This document shows positions 18,081 through 28,417 of a DNA stretch of 32,895 bases, one piece after another (within the stretch, counting starts at the first letter, position 1; every line of letters starts with the position of its first letter). Source of the DNA: an uncultured archaeon (GTDB lineage Archaea > Asgardarchaeota > Thorarchaeia > Thorarchaeales > Thorarchaeaceae); the NCBI GenBank assembly GCA_964610875.1, contig CAZSWP010000041.1, positions 1-32,895 on the forward strand, read 5' to 3'. Under the pieces are notes generated by a model. That model worked only from the letters and a program-made list of their open reading frames with translations, was not told where the DNA came from and did no database searches. Made by a program: the position numbers and the translations under genes.

Positions 18081-18428
18081 ATGCCATCAGTAGATGAAGT
18101 ATTCAAGGCTCTAAAACCCGTCATGGACCCAGAACACCCAATTTCCATAACAGATCCTAGAATGAACATCGTTACACGGGAGCAAATAGAGGTCAATAAT
18201 TCAAGTATTCAAGTCCAATTCAAGCCAACAGTGCCGTATTGCCCGATGGGAGGTTTGATTGGCATTATGATCAGACATCGATTGGAACAGGTATTTCCAG
18301 ACTCGGAACTAAGAGTTTCATTAGTTCCAGGTTCACACAGCCAAGAACTGGTAGTCAACGCAATGATAAATGATGATGAAAAATATCAGAGTGTTGTTAA
18401 CCAAATGAAAGAGAGAGGAATGATGTAG
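18081..18428 (+). CDS. DUF59/MIP18 (CIA2/FAM96-like) Fe-S cluster assembly protein
   Basis: DPEHPISI, FKPTVPYCPMGGLIG, PGSH...VNAMIND. Confidence 0.88.
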   Translation: MPSVDEVFKALKPVMDPEHPISITDPRMNIVTREQIEVNNSSIQVQFKPTVPYCPMGGLIGIMIRHRLEQVFPDSELRVSLVPGSHSQELVVNAMINDDEKYQSVVNQMKERGMM

Positions 18429-18463
18429 AACGTTTTCGGGATAACTGCGGAGAGGTCATTCTG

Positions 18464-18799
18464 TTGAAAAAACCCGAGGTGTTTTTTGTCCTAGGGTTCG
18501 TTTTGATAATTCTAGGTTCTATAATTCTCTTATTTCTAAGCGACGTTTCAGGATTTGTAGTTATTTTTCCATTCTTCTATTTTGGTGATGTTGAGGGGCC
18601 ATGGAGTTTCTATATCATGATAGTCTTCACTATTTTCTTTCTTATAATGATTCTAAACATTTATAGAATACGCAATTATAGCGAGGGGGATATATACAAG
18701 ATGTGTACTGAATGTAATAGAATTATACAGAGAGATTCAATGTATTGTCCATATTGCGGGTCTCTTCTTAAAACTCAAAGAGAATCCAAAGAATGGTAG
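18464..18799 (+). CDS. Small membrane protein with C-terminal zinc ribbon
   Basis: Hydrophobic helices followed by CTEC...CPYCG; TTG start with GAGGT RBS. Confidence 0.75.
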   Translation: MKKPEVFFVLGFVLIILGSIILLFLSDVSGFVVIFPFFYFGDVEGPWSFYIMIVFTIFFLIMILNIYRIRNYSEGDIYKMCTECNRIIQRDSMYCPYCGSLLKTQRESKEW

Positions 18800-18832
18800 A
18801 CCATTCATAGTGTGGTATGGGAGTCAGAGTCT

Positions 18833-19300
18833 ATGGGATATGAGATAAGAGCAGTAAAAATTGATGATGTTAAACAGGTTATAGATATTGAACAAAGCTG
18901 TTTCCCCATACCTTGGGAGAACGAATTCTTCTGGCGGATTGCACTCTTTGAGGGCAATGCTCATTTTGAGAATAGTGAAATTTTCATGGATGTCCTTTCT
19001 GAAGGAAATTTTAAAATCATTGGATATGTTGTATGCATTCTTTCAATGGAGAGAAAAGAAGGACATCTAGCAAACATAGCAATTCATCCTGCTTATAGAA
19101 GGAGAGGGTGGGGAACAAAGATTATGCAACATGTACTGAAACGGATGAAAGGCAATAAATTGACATTTTGTAAACTAGAAGTACGAGAATCAAATGAACC
19201 CGCCAAAATGTTCTACAAGAAGCTTGGCTTCAGAGAAGTTGGGAGAATCAAGGACTACTACAAGACTGAAGACGCCCTGATTCTTCACTACAACCTCTGA
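18833..19300 (+). CDS. rimI: RimI/Ard1-like GNAT protein N-acetyltransferase
   Basis: IEQSCFPIPW, GHLANIAIHPAYRRRGWG, LEVRESNEPAKMFYKKLGF...IKDYY..EDAL. Confidence 0.85.
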   Translation: MGYEIRAVKIDDVKQVIDIEQSCFPIPWENEFFWRIALFEGNAHFENSEIFMDVLSEGNFKIIGYVVCILSMERKEGHLANIAIHPAYRRRGWGTKIMQHVLKRMKGNKLTFCKLEVRESNEPAKMFYKKLGFREVGRIKDYYKTEDALILHYNL

Positions 19301-19305
19301 TTTTA

Positions 19306-22300
19306 TCATGCTACACGGTTTTCAATCAACTGTGGACCAATCACATCATGGTAAAGCTTTAGGTAGGAATCGTTTCTTGATATCAAGAAGAGAGACTCCT
19401 GTGCTTCCTCCTGTCCCCCTATCAGAATCTCAGAATCGTCAATCAATGCAAACATCTGAGGAGAGTGGGTTTCCCAAATCCTCCAATCTGTTAGAGTATC
19501 AAGAGATGGGTTTCTTTCCTCAGTATGGGGGATTACTAGCACCTTTCTAATTGGTTTCTTCAATTTTGAGAGTTTCTTCAAATCTAGACATTCCAGATTA
19601 AGGACAGATAGAATAACAGATTTTTCAGCTCTTTGAGCCATATCCATTATGTGAGCACATCCCTCTTCATTTCCTGAGAGATACCAAGTATCGGATGAAA
19701 CACTTGAAAGTAAGTCTTCACTGACTTCATTTATCGCTTTAATCATCTCAAGTGTTCCACAAGTAGTATCGCTAGCTTGCTCTAGGATACTATCGATCTT
19801 CTTTCTAACTTCAGAAGTCTTACCCCTCAGTTTCGTCGACCAACCTTTGAGCTCCTTCTCACGCTCTTGAGCAACAGAATTTATCAGGTCAGTTCTTGAT
19901 GTTCTTGTGGCAGACAATCTCTCGGAAATAGCGTTGAGACTTTTATTAGAGGACTCAATTATTTCAGCTGATTTCTCAGCAGAATCACTTCGCAAATTCT
20001 CAGCGAGCTCGTAAGAGGAACTGCTCAGCGATGCTTTGAGATCCAATCCAATTGATTCGAACTTACGTGTAGCATGTTGGTTTGAAAGAACAGCACTCTG
20101 TTGAGTTTGTTCTATTGTATCCGAATAAGACCTTGAGAATTGCTCACTGGTCTTATCTAACAATGTGCTAAATTCGTCTGAGAGTGTTTTTGCACCAGCC
20201 TGAAAGCCATCGATTTCTCTCTCAATCTCAGAAGATAATTCTGATGCTTCTAGTTTAGTTACTGTAATTACATCATGGAGAATCTTAGAAACCTTGGTGC
20301 TTAATGTATCCGGCATTTCGGACATTGCATCTAGGCTTTTGTTAAGAGAAGCTTCACTTCCTTCAATAAATGAAGTAGATTGACTTCGTATAGCACCCTC
20401 AACCTTTTTCAGAAATGCATTTGAGATTTCTTCAAACCTGTTTACACGAGTAGATCCAGATTCCTGAATCGAGCTTGCTGCATCTTCTGCGGCTTTGGTC
20501 AAGCCTTGCTGCATGACCAAAACCTCGTTATCCAGCTTGCTTCCATAGCTTTCAAGCGATGTTTCTATATTCTCTGCAGCAGACTCAATCCAAACATTAG
20601 CTGCTTCTAAAGCAACATCTGCCTCAGCCTTTCTCGTTTCGATTGCAGACATTACTTCATCGCGTGTACCAGTTCTTACTTCAACCATCTCAACTTCAGA
20701 TTCTGCTAATTGTTCTTGGTGTACTTCTACCTGTTTTTGTGCTTTCTTTACCGTCTTCGCAGCAAGCGCATCTAGTTGTTTACTGGTTTCAGCTGCCAAA
20801 CGCTGTTTACTCTCGGATTCTTCTGAGGCATATGTTTCAACAGTTGATTTCACGCCTGAAGCACTCTTCGAGAGTATTGATTCGGCTTCATCACGAATTG
20901 ATGATAGCCTTTCTGAAACAGTGTCACGGGATGCTTGTACAGAACCTTCAAACTCCTTGGAAACTTGTGTTAGATTCTCACCAATCTGTTTCAGAGTACC
21001 TGATTCAAGGTCTGTTAACGCAGAGATTGTTGCATTCAAAGCTTCCTCTATTCCCTCTAGTGTTTCATCAGTGGTTTTTGAAATCTCTGATTTCTTTTCA
21101 ACACTGAACTCTTCTAGAACTCGCTTTAGTGAAGCAGATGACTCCACAATAGAATCAATCTTCAATCCAATCTCGGAAGCATATTCTTGCTGAATCTTCA
21201 ATGAGTCACTATTCAGTTGTTCAGATTCAGCACGGAGAGCGTTTTTGAAGTCGCTATGCGCAGAGGTGATTAAATCTCTTGCCTCGACAGTCTGACTAGA
21301 TATCATTCCATTAAATGTGGCTTCAAGTCCTTCAGTAAATGTCATGAATTGACGTGTAATATCTTCAACATGCACATGAAAATCCTCTCTCATCTCTTGT
21401 GCGCGTGTGTCAACACGTTTCATCTGATCATCAATAGCACCATCAATCTCTTTCTGTACTCGTGAAATATATGAACTTAGAGAACTTACACTTTCACTTA
21501 ACCGTTCATTCAGTCTATTATTGAGTGACTCGTAGAGTTCCTTCGACTCTTTGACCTGCTGCTGAGAAACATCAATGTAATTCTTAATCACTTCAGCAAG
21601 CTTTGATTCCATTTGGGACTCATAATCTTGTACAAACTTCTTTATTGACAATAGTGATGCGTCATTCTTCGTCTGCATGTTTGATTTCACACTTGCAAAT
21701 GATGAATTCAATCTACTTCGCATGTTCTCTGTAAGTGTGTTGAATTCACCCACTTCTGTATCTAAGACACTTGTTATCTCATCCATGGCTAATCCAACTT
21801 TCTTGTCAATAGATTTTGCTGCTTTCTCACCCCACTTGTTTATGCTCTTCATCAACGAGTCATTTATTGCCTCCATTCGCTCTTGATCGGTAACAATTCT
21901 CTCTTGCAGTAGATTTGTAACTGCAGACCTAGCTTCAAGTAGAAAAGATTCAGTATCAGAGGACATACTTCGGGCAATAGTTCGCAAAGCAGAATACTGC
22001 TCACTCAGATTTGTATTAGTCTTTTCAAGATGGCTATCTATTGAATTTCGAACGACATCAATGAATGCATTTTGAGTACTACTCACTTGATCCAGTTGTG
22101 AATCAACAGATTTGGCGGAAGCTTGAACAAATTCTGTAACCTCAGTGGACCATGATTCAATTGATCCCGAAAATGCTTGGGCTATGTTCACAGCAGATTC
22201 TATTTTCTTCTTTGCTTGTTCAGACTGAGCCTGATTTGCAGACCGAGCATCTTTGATTATTTGTTCTAGATTACTCCGAGATGACACAAAAGCTTGACTC

Positions 22301-23196
22301 AGGTCTTTTTCAAGTTGAGTGGATCTTATTTTCAAATCTTCAGTTATGTTATTGACAACCTCAGAGATTGTATTGCAAGCCCCAAGTGCTTCCTCATTCA
22401 TAGTAGTCGATATGCTCTCAGCGCATCCATCAAATTTCGATTCTATGGTCACAAAGCTGTTTGAGATGGCAGAGGATTTTGAGTCGTGCAATGTTTTTGC
22501 TTTGTTACTAATCTGGGCGATTGAGCGGGAAACATCTTTCTTTTCTTTAGTAAACCACTTATCAAACTCACGAGCTATCTTCTTTATGTCTTTGCTTAGT
22601 TCTTTTTGACTGCTATCAAGTTCTTCTTGAAGCTCCATGAGCTTTGAACCAAGATCATCATCAAGTAGAGTGTCTAAACTCGCAAGAGCATCCTCTACAG
22701 TTTGTGTGTACCCGGTGAGAGCAGTGTTTGTGAGCTCTGTTACTTCTTCGGTTTTCTCCCTAATCGTTTCGGAGAAGTCAGATTCTAACTGCTCTAACTC
22801 ATCATTCAACGTTTCATCCCGAGTTCGTTGAGATTTCAACAAGTCTTCAATTGCCTTTTCAGCTTCTTGCGTGGTTAACTGAATTGCCTTATGTGTTTCT
22901 TCAGTCAAGGTGTTAATCTTCTCAATCATGGAAGCTAACGTATCACTAGTTGCTGTCAATGGAGGCACAGCACGGTACACCGGAACAATACCATCTATCT
23001 TCAAGACAAATCCTTTCTTTACAAGCCGCTCCAATGTGCTTTCTGTTTTCTTTAACTCCTCACCGGAAACTAGAGAAACTCCACCAGCCGTCATGTTTCC
23101 TCCATGAATGACTGGTAGAAGCACTGTGGCTTCGGCTTTCGTCAAACCCAGATTCTCCGTGAGAATCGGTACTACTTTAGTCGCGCTCTTACTCAT
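19306..23196 (-). CDS. TrmB-like protein: N-terminal wHTH, ~1100-aa helical repeat/coiled coil, C-terminal TrmB effector (PLD-like) domain
   Basis: LGLTKAEATVL...LERLVKKGFV...PVYRAVPP (TrmB HTH); C-terminal WYLSGNEE..AHIMDMAQRAEKSVIL...ALIDDSEILIG. Confidence 0.85.
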   Translation of the reverse strand: MSKSATKVVPILTENLGLTKAEATVLLPVIHGGNMTAGGVSLVSGEELKKTESTLERLVKKGFVLKIDGIVPVYRAVPPLTATSDTLASMIEKINTLTEETHKAIQLTTQEAEKAIEDLLKSQRTRDETLNDELEQLESDFSETIREKTEEVTELTNTALTGYTQTVEDALASLDTLLDDDLGSKLMELQEELDSSQKELSKDIKKIAREFDKWFTKEKKDVSRSIAQISNKAKTLHDSKSSAISNSFVTIESKFDGCAESISTTMNEEALGACNTISEVVNNITEDLKIRSTQLEKDLSQAFVSSRSNLEQIIKDARSANQAQSEQAKKKIESAVNIAQAFSGSIESWSTEVTEFVQASAKSVDSQLDQVSSTQNAFIDVVRNSIDSHLEKTNTNLSEQYSALRTIARSMSSDTESFLLEARSAVTNLLQERIVTDQERMEAINDSLMKSINKWGEKAAKSIDKKVGLAMDEITSVLDTEVGEFNTLTENMRSRLNSSFASVKSNMQTKNDASLLSIKKFVQDYESQMESKLAEVIKNYIDVSQQQVKESKELYESLNNRLNERLSESVSSLSSYISRVQKEIDGAIDDQMKRVDTRAQEMREDFHVHVEDITRQFMTFTEGLEATFNGMISSQTVEARDLITSAHSDFKNALRAESEQLNSDSLKIQQEYASEIGLKIDSIVESSASLKRVLEEFSVEKKSEISKTTDETLEGIEEALNATISALTDLESGTLKQIGENLTQVSKEFEGSVQASRDTVSERLSSIRDEAESILSKSASGVKSTVETYASEESESKQRLAAETSKQLDALAAKTVKKAQKQVEVHQEQLAESEVEMVEVRTGTRDEVMSAIETRKAEADVALEAANVWIESAAENIETSLESYGSKLDNEVLVMQQGLTKAAEDAASSIQESGSTRVNRFEEISNAFLKKVEGAIRSQSTSFIEGSEASLNKSLDAMSEMPDTLSTKVSKILHDVITVTKLEASELSSEIEREIDGFQAGAKTLSDEFSTLLDKTSEQFSRSYSDTIEQTQQSAVLSNQHATRKFESIGLDLKASLSSSSYELAENLRSDSAEKSAEIIESSNKSLNAISERLSATRTSRTDLINSVAQEREKELKGWSTKLRGKTSEVRKKIDSILEQASDTTCGTLEMIKAINEVSEDLLSSVSSDTWYLSGNEEGCAHIMDMAQRAEKSVILSVLNLECLDLKKLSKLKKPIRKVLVIPHTEERNPSLDTLTDWRIWETHSPQMFALIDDSEILIGGQEEAQESLFLISRNDSYLKLYHDVIGPQLIENRVA

Positions 23197-23222
23197 TTGA
23201 ATTACACCGCCCAGTTTGATTC

Positions 23223-24038
23223 TTATTCTTCATTATCCTCATCTTTCAATTGATTCATAGTTTCGAAAAATTCACGTAGTTTTCCTACATCAATCGGTGG
23301 TTTTCGTCCTTGCTTTATGATTTCAGCTTCGAATGTCGTACTATCTTTTGTAGTATCGACTAATATGTCATCGAAATTATCAGAGATTTTTTGTTCAATG
23401 GAATTTATTTTAGCAGCAGTCAATTTCTGGGAAACCTCTGCATGAACTACCCACCAATTGGCTGTGAGATCTTTTGCTTCTCCTTTCACATTGTAAATGT
23501 TTGAGAGAATTTCCGCGTATAACTTCAAAACTTCAAAATTTGTAATATCCATGTCTTTAGGATTGATAATTACAATTCCTCTGGAGAAATCGAAATGAAA
23601 TAGAAGGTCATTACCATAGACAATCATTTGATTGTCACCACTTACTCTATGGTAATTCTCCCACTGTTCTTTGAACTTTGAATTGAAGTGTCTGATTGAA
23701 CTGACCTTCAAGGTGGAAAGAAGGTCTTTAATCAGAAGTCTTCTATCTAGCATTCCTCTCCCCTTTCTATCCAAAATGAATCTACGTAACTGGTCAAGAT
23801 ACTGTGAATAGCAGAAAGCAGGCAGGTCATGAGGTTCAACGCCAAGCTCAATCAGGAGATTGAGGAAATTGCGATTCTTACAGGAGGGTCTTACCGTACA
23901 ACTCAATCTGTCTTCTTGACACTTGGTACACTTTGCCTGATGTAGTTCCATTAGCTCCTTCGCTAATTGATCATCAGCTGGTATATCTAACAGCTTAATT
24001 CTTCCAGCCAATTCAGTATTATGCTTAATCAAATTCAT
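23223..24038 (-). CDS. Hypothetical protein with N-terminal Cys cluster
   Basis: CxxC-x6-C-x5-C plus a later C; 26 nt upstream of the TrmB-like gene on the same strand. Confidence 0.8.
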   Translation of the reverse strand: MNLIKHNTELAGRIKLLDIPADDQLAKELMELHQAKCTKCQEDRLSCTVRPSCKNRNFLNLLIELGVEPHDLPAFCYSQYLDQLRRFILDRKGRGMLDRRLLIKDLLSTLKVSSIRHFNSKFKEQWENYHRVSGDNQMIVYGNDLLFHFDFSRGIVIINPKDMDITNFEVLKLYAEILSNIYNVKGEAKDLTANWWVVHAEVSQKLTAAKINSIEQKISDNFDDILVDTTKDSTTFEAEIIKQGRKPPIDVGKLREFFETMNQLKDEDNEE

Positions 24039-24199
24039 CTTGGTTCAACTCGTTACATAAGATGTGCAAAGGGATATAGATACACACACACGCCTTTTGA
24101 AGATAGGCCCCACTGCCGTCTATATGTATCTAAATACGATTTAAGGCATTGATAATGATAAACTTATGCAACACGAATGAATTTTTTTAGCTTGAGAGA

Positions 24200-25276
24200 T
24201 TAGGATTCTGATGCAATTTTCTTTAATTTCTGTCGCCAATCACGGATTTCTTTGTTAAGTCGTGCTATATCATTTTCGTTCAGCGTTGCAGTGGGAGGGT
24301 ATGATTTGAGTTCCCTTGCGCGTTTACCAAACTGGAACAGAACCGGAGTATGTCCTTGAATCATCGTTGTCAGTTTATCACGAACCTCTTCTAGTGCTTG
24401 TGCCATAGCTCTTGCATCAGTTTGCGGCTTCACGAGTGAGAGAAGATGATCCATGAGATCATCCACGGTGGAGGGCAACGCGGGATCAGTTGAAATAATC
24501 TCTTCAGCATCTTCCTCAGCTTTCTCAGGTCTCTTCTTTTTCTTGTCATCTGGTTCTTTTGCTGGCGCTAAGCCTTTCTCGATTACTTTCTGCATCATAT
24601 CTAGTGCCTGTTTCACATCTTCAATCGTTTTGTTATACTTGCGTTCAATGTCATCCAATTGTCTAACGATTATGCCTACAATCTCTTTTGTTTCCGTGAA
24701 TGAATCAGACATTTCTTTAACACTATCTTCCAAGGTGACTAGACTTGTTACTTTATCATCCATTTCATCTAGCTTCTTCTTCATTGTATCACTACTATCA
24801 GATTCTTGAACAGCTTTAACGGAGTCAAGGATATTATCAATCTGCTTTCCCAAATCTTCCATTTCTTTTGCTTTACTTAGACCTTCTACTTCACTCAACA
24901 AGTCATCGACTTTCTTGGATATTTCTTTAGTATCAACAGACTCTTTTACATCAGAGATTCCCGAGTCAATCCCTTTGACTTGATTCATCATGTCATCAAT
25001 TTTCTTACCAAATGCATCCATGTCTTTAGTTGTGAATTTTTCAACAGAGGAGTCAATTCCTTTCACAGATTTCATTAGCTCACCAATCTGACTAACGGGA
25101 GAAAGCTCATCATGAAGTGATTTCATTCCTTCTTCTAACTTTTCCACTCTTTCATGAATTTCAGGAATGTTAGATAATGTATCGAGAGATTTTTTGATCC
25201 CTTCAATCTCTTTTGTTAAATTATCCATCTTTTTCTCAAGATTTCCTATTGCTGCAGCATTGCTACCTTCTGACAT
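24200..25276 (-). CDS. Coiled-coil protein with C-terminal helical domain
   Basis: ~235 aa of heptads with recurring KK[IVL]D[DE] units, a charged linker, and a ~90-aa C-terminal domain. Confidence 0.85.
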   Translation of the reverse strand: MSEGSNAAAIGNLEKKMDNLTKEIEGIKKSLDTLSNIPEIHERVEKLEEGMKSLHDELSPVSQIGELMKSVKGIDSSVEKFTTKDMDAFGKKIDDMMNQVKGIDSGISDVKESVDTKEISKKVDDLLSEVEGLSKAKEMEDLGKQIDNILDSVKAVQESDSSDTMKKKLDEMDDKVTSLVTLEDSVKEMSDSFTETKEIVGIIVRQLDDIERKYNKTIEDVKQALDMMQKVIEKGLAPAKEPDDKKKKRPEKAEEDAEEIISTDPALPSTVDDLMDHLLSLVKPQTDARAMAQALEEVRDKLTTMIQGHTPVLFQFGKRARELKSYPPTATLNENDIARLNKEIRDWRQKLKKIASES

Positions 25277-25372
25277 GTGCTCCCCTGCTTTGTTAGGTAT
25301 TTGATTTATGCTTTGACTGCCAGCTATTTAGCCTTTCGGCGATGTTATTGATAGGAGAATTAGGATTGATTT

Positions 25373-26200
25373 CTAGATTTTTCTAGCCCGAACAAGCTCC
25401 AAATGCAGGTCTTCTAAAATTGGAATCAATTTATCACGCTGCTGTGAATTGGTACCTTTCCAATCTATAACAGCAGCAGTGATCTCTTCCTTTGAACGCT
25501 GTATCATCATTTTGATAATATCATGCGTAATTTCATCAAGTGCATATTTTGGTGCCATATGACCTATTCGGATATTCTTCTCTAGAACTAGACGATTGAA
25601 CTTACTTACATAATGAGTGCCACCAAAACCGATGTACGAGGTTTCTTGAATTGGTGCAGTTGCACAGGCCATTACAGCCGCTGCAACGCAACGACCACCC
25701 TCAAGATTCCCCCATTGTGTTTCATCACTACCTAATTCAACAAATAACAAGGGGGTATTGACAGAGGTAGGCCCATGATGTGTTGCTTCCATGGTGACAT
25801 CAAATTCTGAGAGACCTCTATCATTGCGTTCTTTGTATAACTGCCTTAGAGCAGTTGAAACTAGAGAAGCACATGAAATTGAAAGTCTACGAGGAGTGCC
25901 ACCATAAAGCGCTTCATCCATTAGATTTCCAGTGCTATGAACAAGTAGAGCAGGTTTGCCAGATTCGGCTCTGTGACGTGAACAATAGATTAACACTTCT
26001 GCATGGATTTCAGGCTCAATATGGTCGGTGTAAATCAAATCTTTCTTTGATGTGATTAGAAGAATATCATCTATTTCGTGTTTGAATATGTGATTGCCAT
26101 CAAACATAGCGGAGGTCTCTTTGAATTCATAGTCTTCAAGAAGTGCCTTCTTTATTGTTTGACTAGCTATGTCTTTTTCAGATGTTACTAATACTCTCAA
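25373..26200 (-). CDS. dtdA: Archaeal D-aminoacyl-tRNA deacylase (DTD2)
   Basis: SRHRAESGKPALLVHSTGN, EATHHGP, FVELGS, GFGGTHY, GHMAPKY, IDWKG. Confidence 0.95.
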   Translation of the reverse strand: MRVLVTSEKDIASQTIKKALLEDYEFKETSAMFDGNHIFKHEIDDILLITSKKDLIYTDHIEPEIHAEVLIYCSRHRAESGKPALLVHSTGNLMDEALYGGTPRRLSISCASLVSTALRQLYKERNDRGLSEFDVTMEATHHGPTSVNTPLLFVELGSDETQWGNLEGGRCVAAAVMACATAPIQETSYIGFGGTHYVSKFNRLVLEKNIRIGHMAPKYALDEITHDIIKMMIQRSKEEITAAVIDWKGTNSQQRDKLIPILEDLHLELVRARKI

Positions 26201-27453
26201 CTAGTTGCACCGACCGGTTCTACCTTGCATTTCTCTAGCAAGGGTTCTAGACCCAGGTCTTCAATCACAATCTTTACCTTTTCGTTGAAAGCTTTGTAAA
26301 TCTCTGACTCAATACGCTCTCGAAACTCTTCAACCTTGCTTATTTGTCGCTTTATATCATCACCAATTCGGAGCAGGTCGTTCGAGTGATACTCAAGATT
26401 TCGCTTTGCTTCTTCAAGTTCTTCTGCTAATCTCCTATTCTTAGCGTATATATCAGAGCCTGCAAATTCGGTCTTCTTCTTTTCTACGTTTTTAGCTTTC
26501 TTCTGAAGCTCTTTCAAAGAACCCTTGCGAATCTTTTCGATTTCCTCAATAGAACGTCGAGCAAGGCGATCTTTAAGTTTCAATGAATCACGTTCAATTG
26601 CCTCTTCGATTCCTGAGAGTCCTTCCAATAAATCAGGATAGCCATCTCTGTCTTCTGTAATTGCCAAATATGGGTCCTCGAAGTAGTCGGTCAATGCCTT
26701 CTGACCACTCGGACTTATCCGAACACCTGTATCTTGTTGTTGAAATTTCTTGACTGCTTTTCTCAGCGTATTCAATTCCATTGTCAAGAGTCTAGATAGA
26801 TGATCTTGTTCTTCATCCAGATTCAGAAGATCTGAAACATTGGAGGCTTCCTTAAATTCATGAAATACCTTCTTAGCTTCTTTGTATTCTTCTAATGCCT
26901 GTTGACGTTTTAGTTGAACTCCACGAATCTGTACTTCAAATTGCTCTTTTCCGTAGGTGAGTTCTCGCAAAGATTCGATTCGACCACCAATACGTTCAAG
27001 GTCTCGAACCCATTGGTACTCATAGAGAAGTTTTCCAATCTTCTTCAGTTCCTTCATGAGTTCTTTCATGTAATCGTCAAGCTGTTTTATGACATTCTTG
27101 TATTTTTTATCCATTCTTCTAATCCAGCGAGCACCTGCACCCCAGAGCTCTTGAATGAAGTATTGAATCTCTGCCTGCATGGCTTCTGTGCTCTCATAGG
27201 TAATGTCTGACTTAACATCAAAACCGGAAACGATTTCACTTATCTTATTTGCAAATCTGCTAGAGGTGTTGATTGCATCCGAGTCCTCTTCTTTACTTGC
27301 GTCCTTGAGCTGAATTGCTATCGCTTCTACATCCCTAAGAGACCTTTCAACAACCTTGTAACTCTTCTCAGCTTGTTTGATGAAATCCTTGCTACTTTTT
27401 GCAAGCTGGTTCTTGTACCATTTTTGGAGTTGTGGAATGGTCAGAGTTGTCAT
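26197..27453 (-). CDS. Helical coiled-coil hypothetical protein (418 aa)
   Basis: Long charged heptad stretches; 4-nt TTGA overlap with dtdA. Confidence 0.85.
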   Translation of the reverse strand: MTTLTIPQLQKWYKNQLAKSSKDFIKQAEKSYKVVERSLRDVEAIAIQLKDASKEEDSDAINTSSRFANKISEIVSGFDVKSDITYESTEAMQAEIQYFIQELWGAGARWIRRMDKKYKNVIKQLDDYMKELMKELKKIGKLLYEYQWVRDLERIGGRIESLRELTYGKEQFEVQIRGVQLKRQQALEEYKEAKKVFHEFKEASNVSDLLNLDEEQDHLSRLLTMELNTLRKAVKKFQQQDTGVRISPSGQKALTDYFEDPYLAITEDRDGYPDLLEGLSGIEEAIERDSLKLKDRLARRSIEEIEKIRKGSLKELQKKAKNVEKKKTEFAGSDIYAKNRRLAEELEEAKRNLEYHSNDLLRIGDDIKRQISKVEEFRERIESEIYKAFNEKVKIVIEDLGLEPLLEKCKVEPVGATS

Positions 27454-27613
27454 TTCTAAATGCTCCTGCTTACACTGAAACTCGTTTTGTGAAGCTTATA
27501 GACTTTATGAAACCCGTCAGAATGTACGAAGTTTTTTCCAAAAATCGCACATATCACAGTTTATATCACGACTTTCCACACAATAGAAACTGCATAGGAA
27601 ATGTGGTCAAGCG

Positions 27614-28417
27614 ATGTCTGAAGTCCTAAGGACTGGGAACCGGCATCCTCGCCTCGATGCAACATATTCAATTGAATGTGCATCATGAGGAAAGGGTCGC
27701 TACGGTCTCTATCTGAAGAGGCTCAGTTTGATTGACCGCTCAGGTGTGGACAGGTTACTGCTCAGGAATCCTGCCAAGTTCAAAGGCGGATTCTGGTTGT
27801 CCTATATCATGGATGATGAAGTACATCTCGTGGAGTCAACAGAACCTTACGAACGCATGGACATCATCAGGCATGAAGAAGTTGATGACACGCAGCGAAT
27901 TGTCTTACACACAAAACAAAAACAAGGGAATCCAATTCTTGAACTGGAACATCACTTATGGAGTAAGAATAAGCCTATTCTGCTTTGGAAACTCATTGTG
28001 AAGAATTCCAGCAAGAAGGTAATCAGAGACCTCAAAGGGTACGTAATCATGGATTGCGATATTGGAGGTCCGAGAAGCTTCAAAGATGACTTTGGTGCAT
28101 TTGATAAGAAATCCTCATCTTTGATGCTTTGGGATGATAATTCCTTATTTGTTAATATGAGCGCGAGACCAGAACCTAATGGATGGGAAATAGCACCTCC
28201 TCTCAAACTGAAGGTGATTAGAGACCATCGTGACCTTCAGAATAACGAAGAAGTCGGACCCCAGGACGTAGCTGGTGCCCTTCAATGGGATCTCGGAGAC
28301 CTTCAACCCGGCGAGAGTGCAAAAATTGAGCTAATTCTCACCGCAGCAGAAGACTCTGATTCAGCTAGAGCGCTCATCAAAGATGGTGTGGCGTTACTAG
28401 ACAAGAAGCTGCCATGA
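27614..28417 (+). CDS. Candidate selenoprotein (267 aa) with CxxU motif and a predicted beta-sandwich domain
   Basis: ATG 27614 is in frame with ORF 27728-28417: MSEVLRTGNRHPRLDATYSIECAS-TGA(27686-27688)-GKGRYGLYLKRLSLIDR...; one in-frame TGA; SECIS-like hairpin at the 3' end. Confidence 0.75.

Noticed and set aside
19306-27453. SMC/Rad50 or methyl-accepting chemotaxis annotation for the coiled-coil proteins
   Set aside because: No Walker A/B, signature motif or MCP hairpin motif seen.
27728-27730. TTG start given by the ORF track for the 229-aa protein
   Set aside because: The frame stays open and protein-like upstream, through one TGA, to ATG 27614; with CxxU and a SECIS-like hairpin the longer gene is the better model, though not proven.
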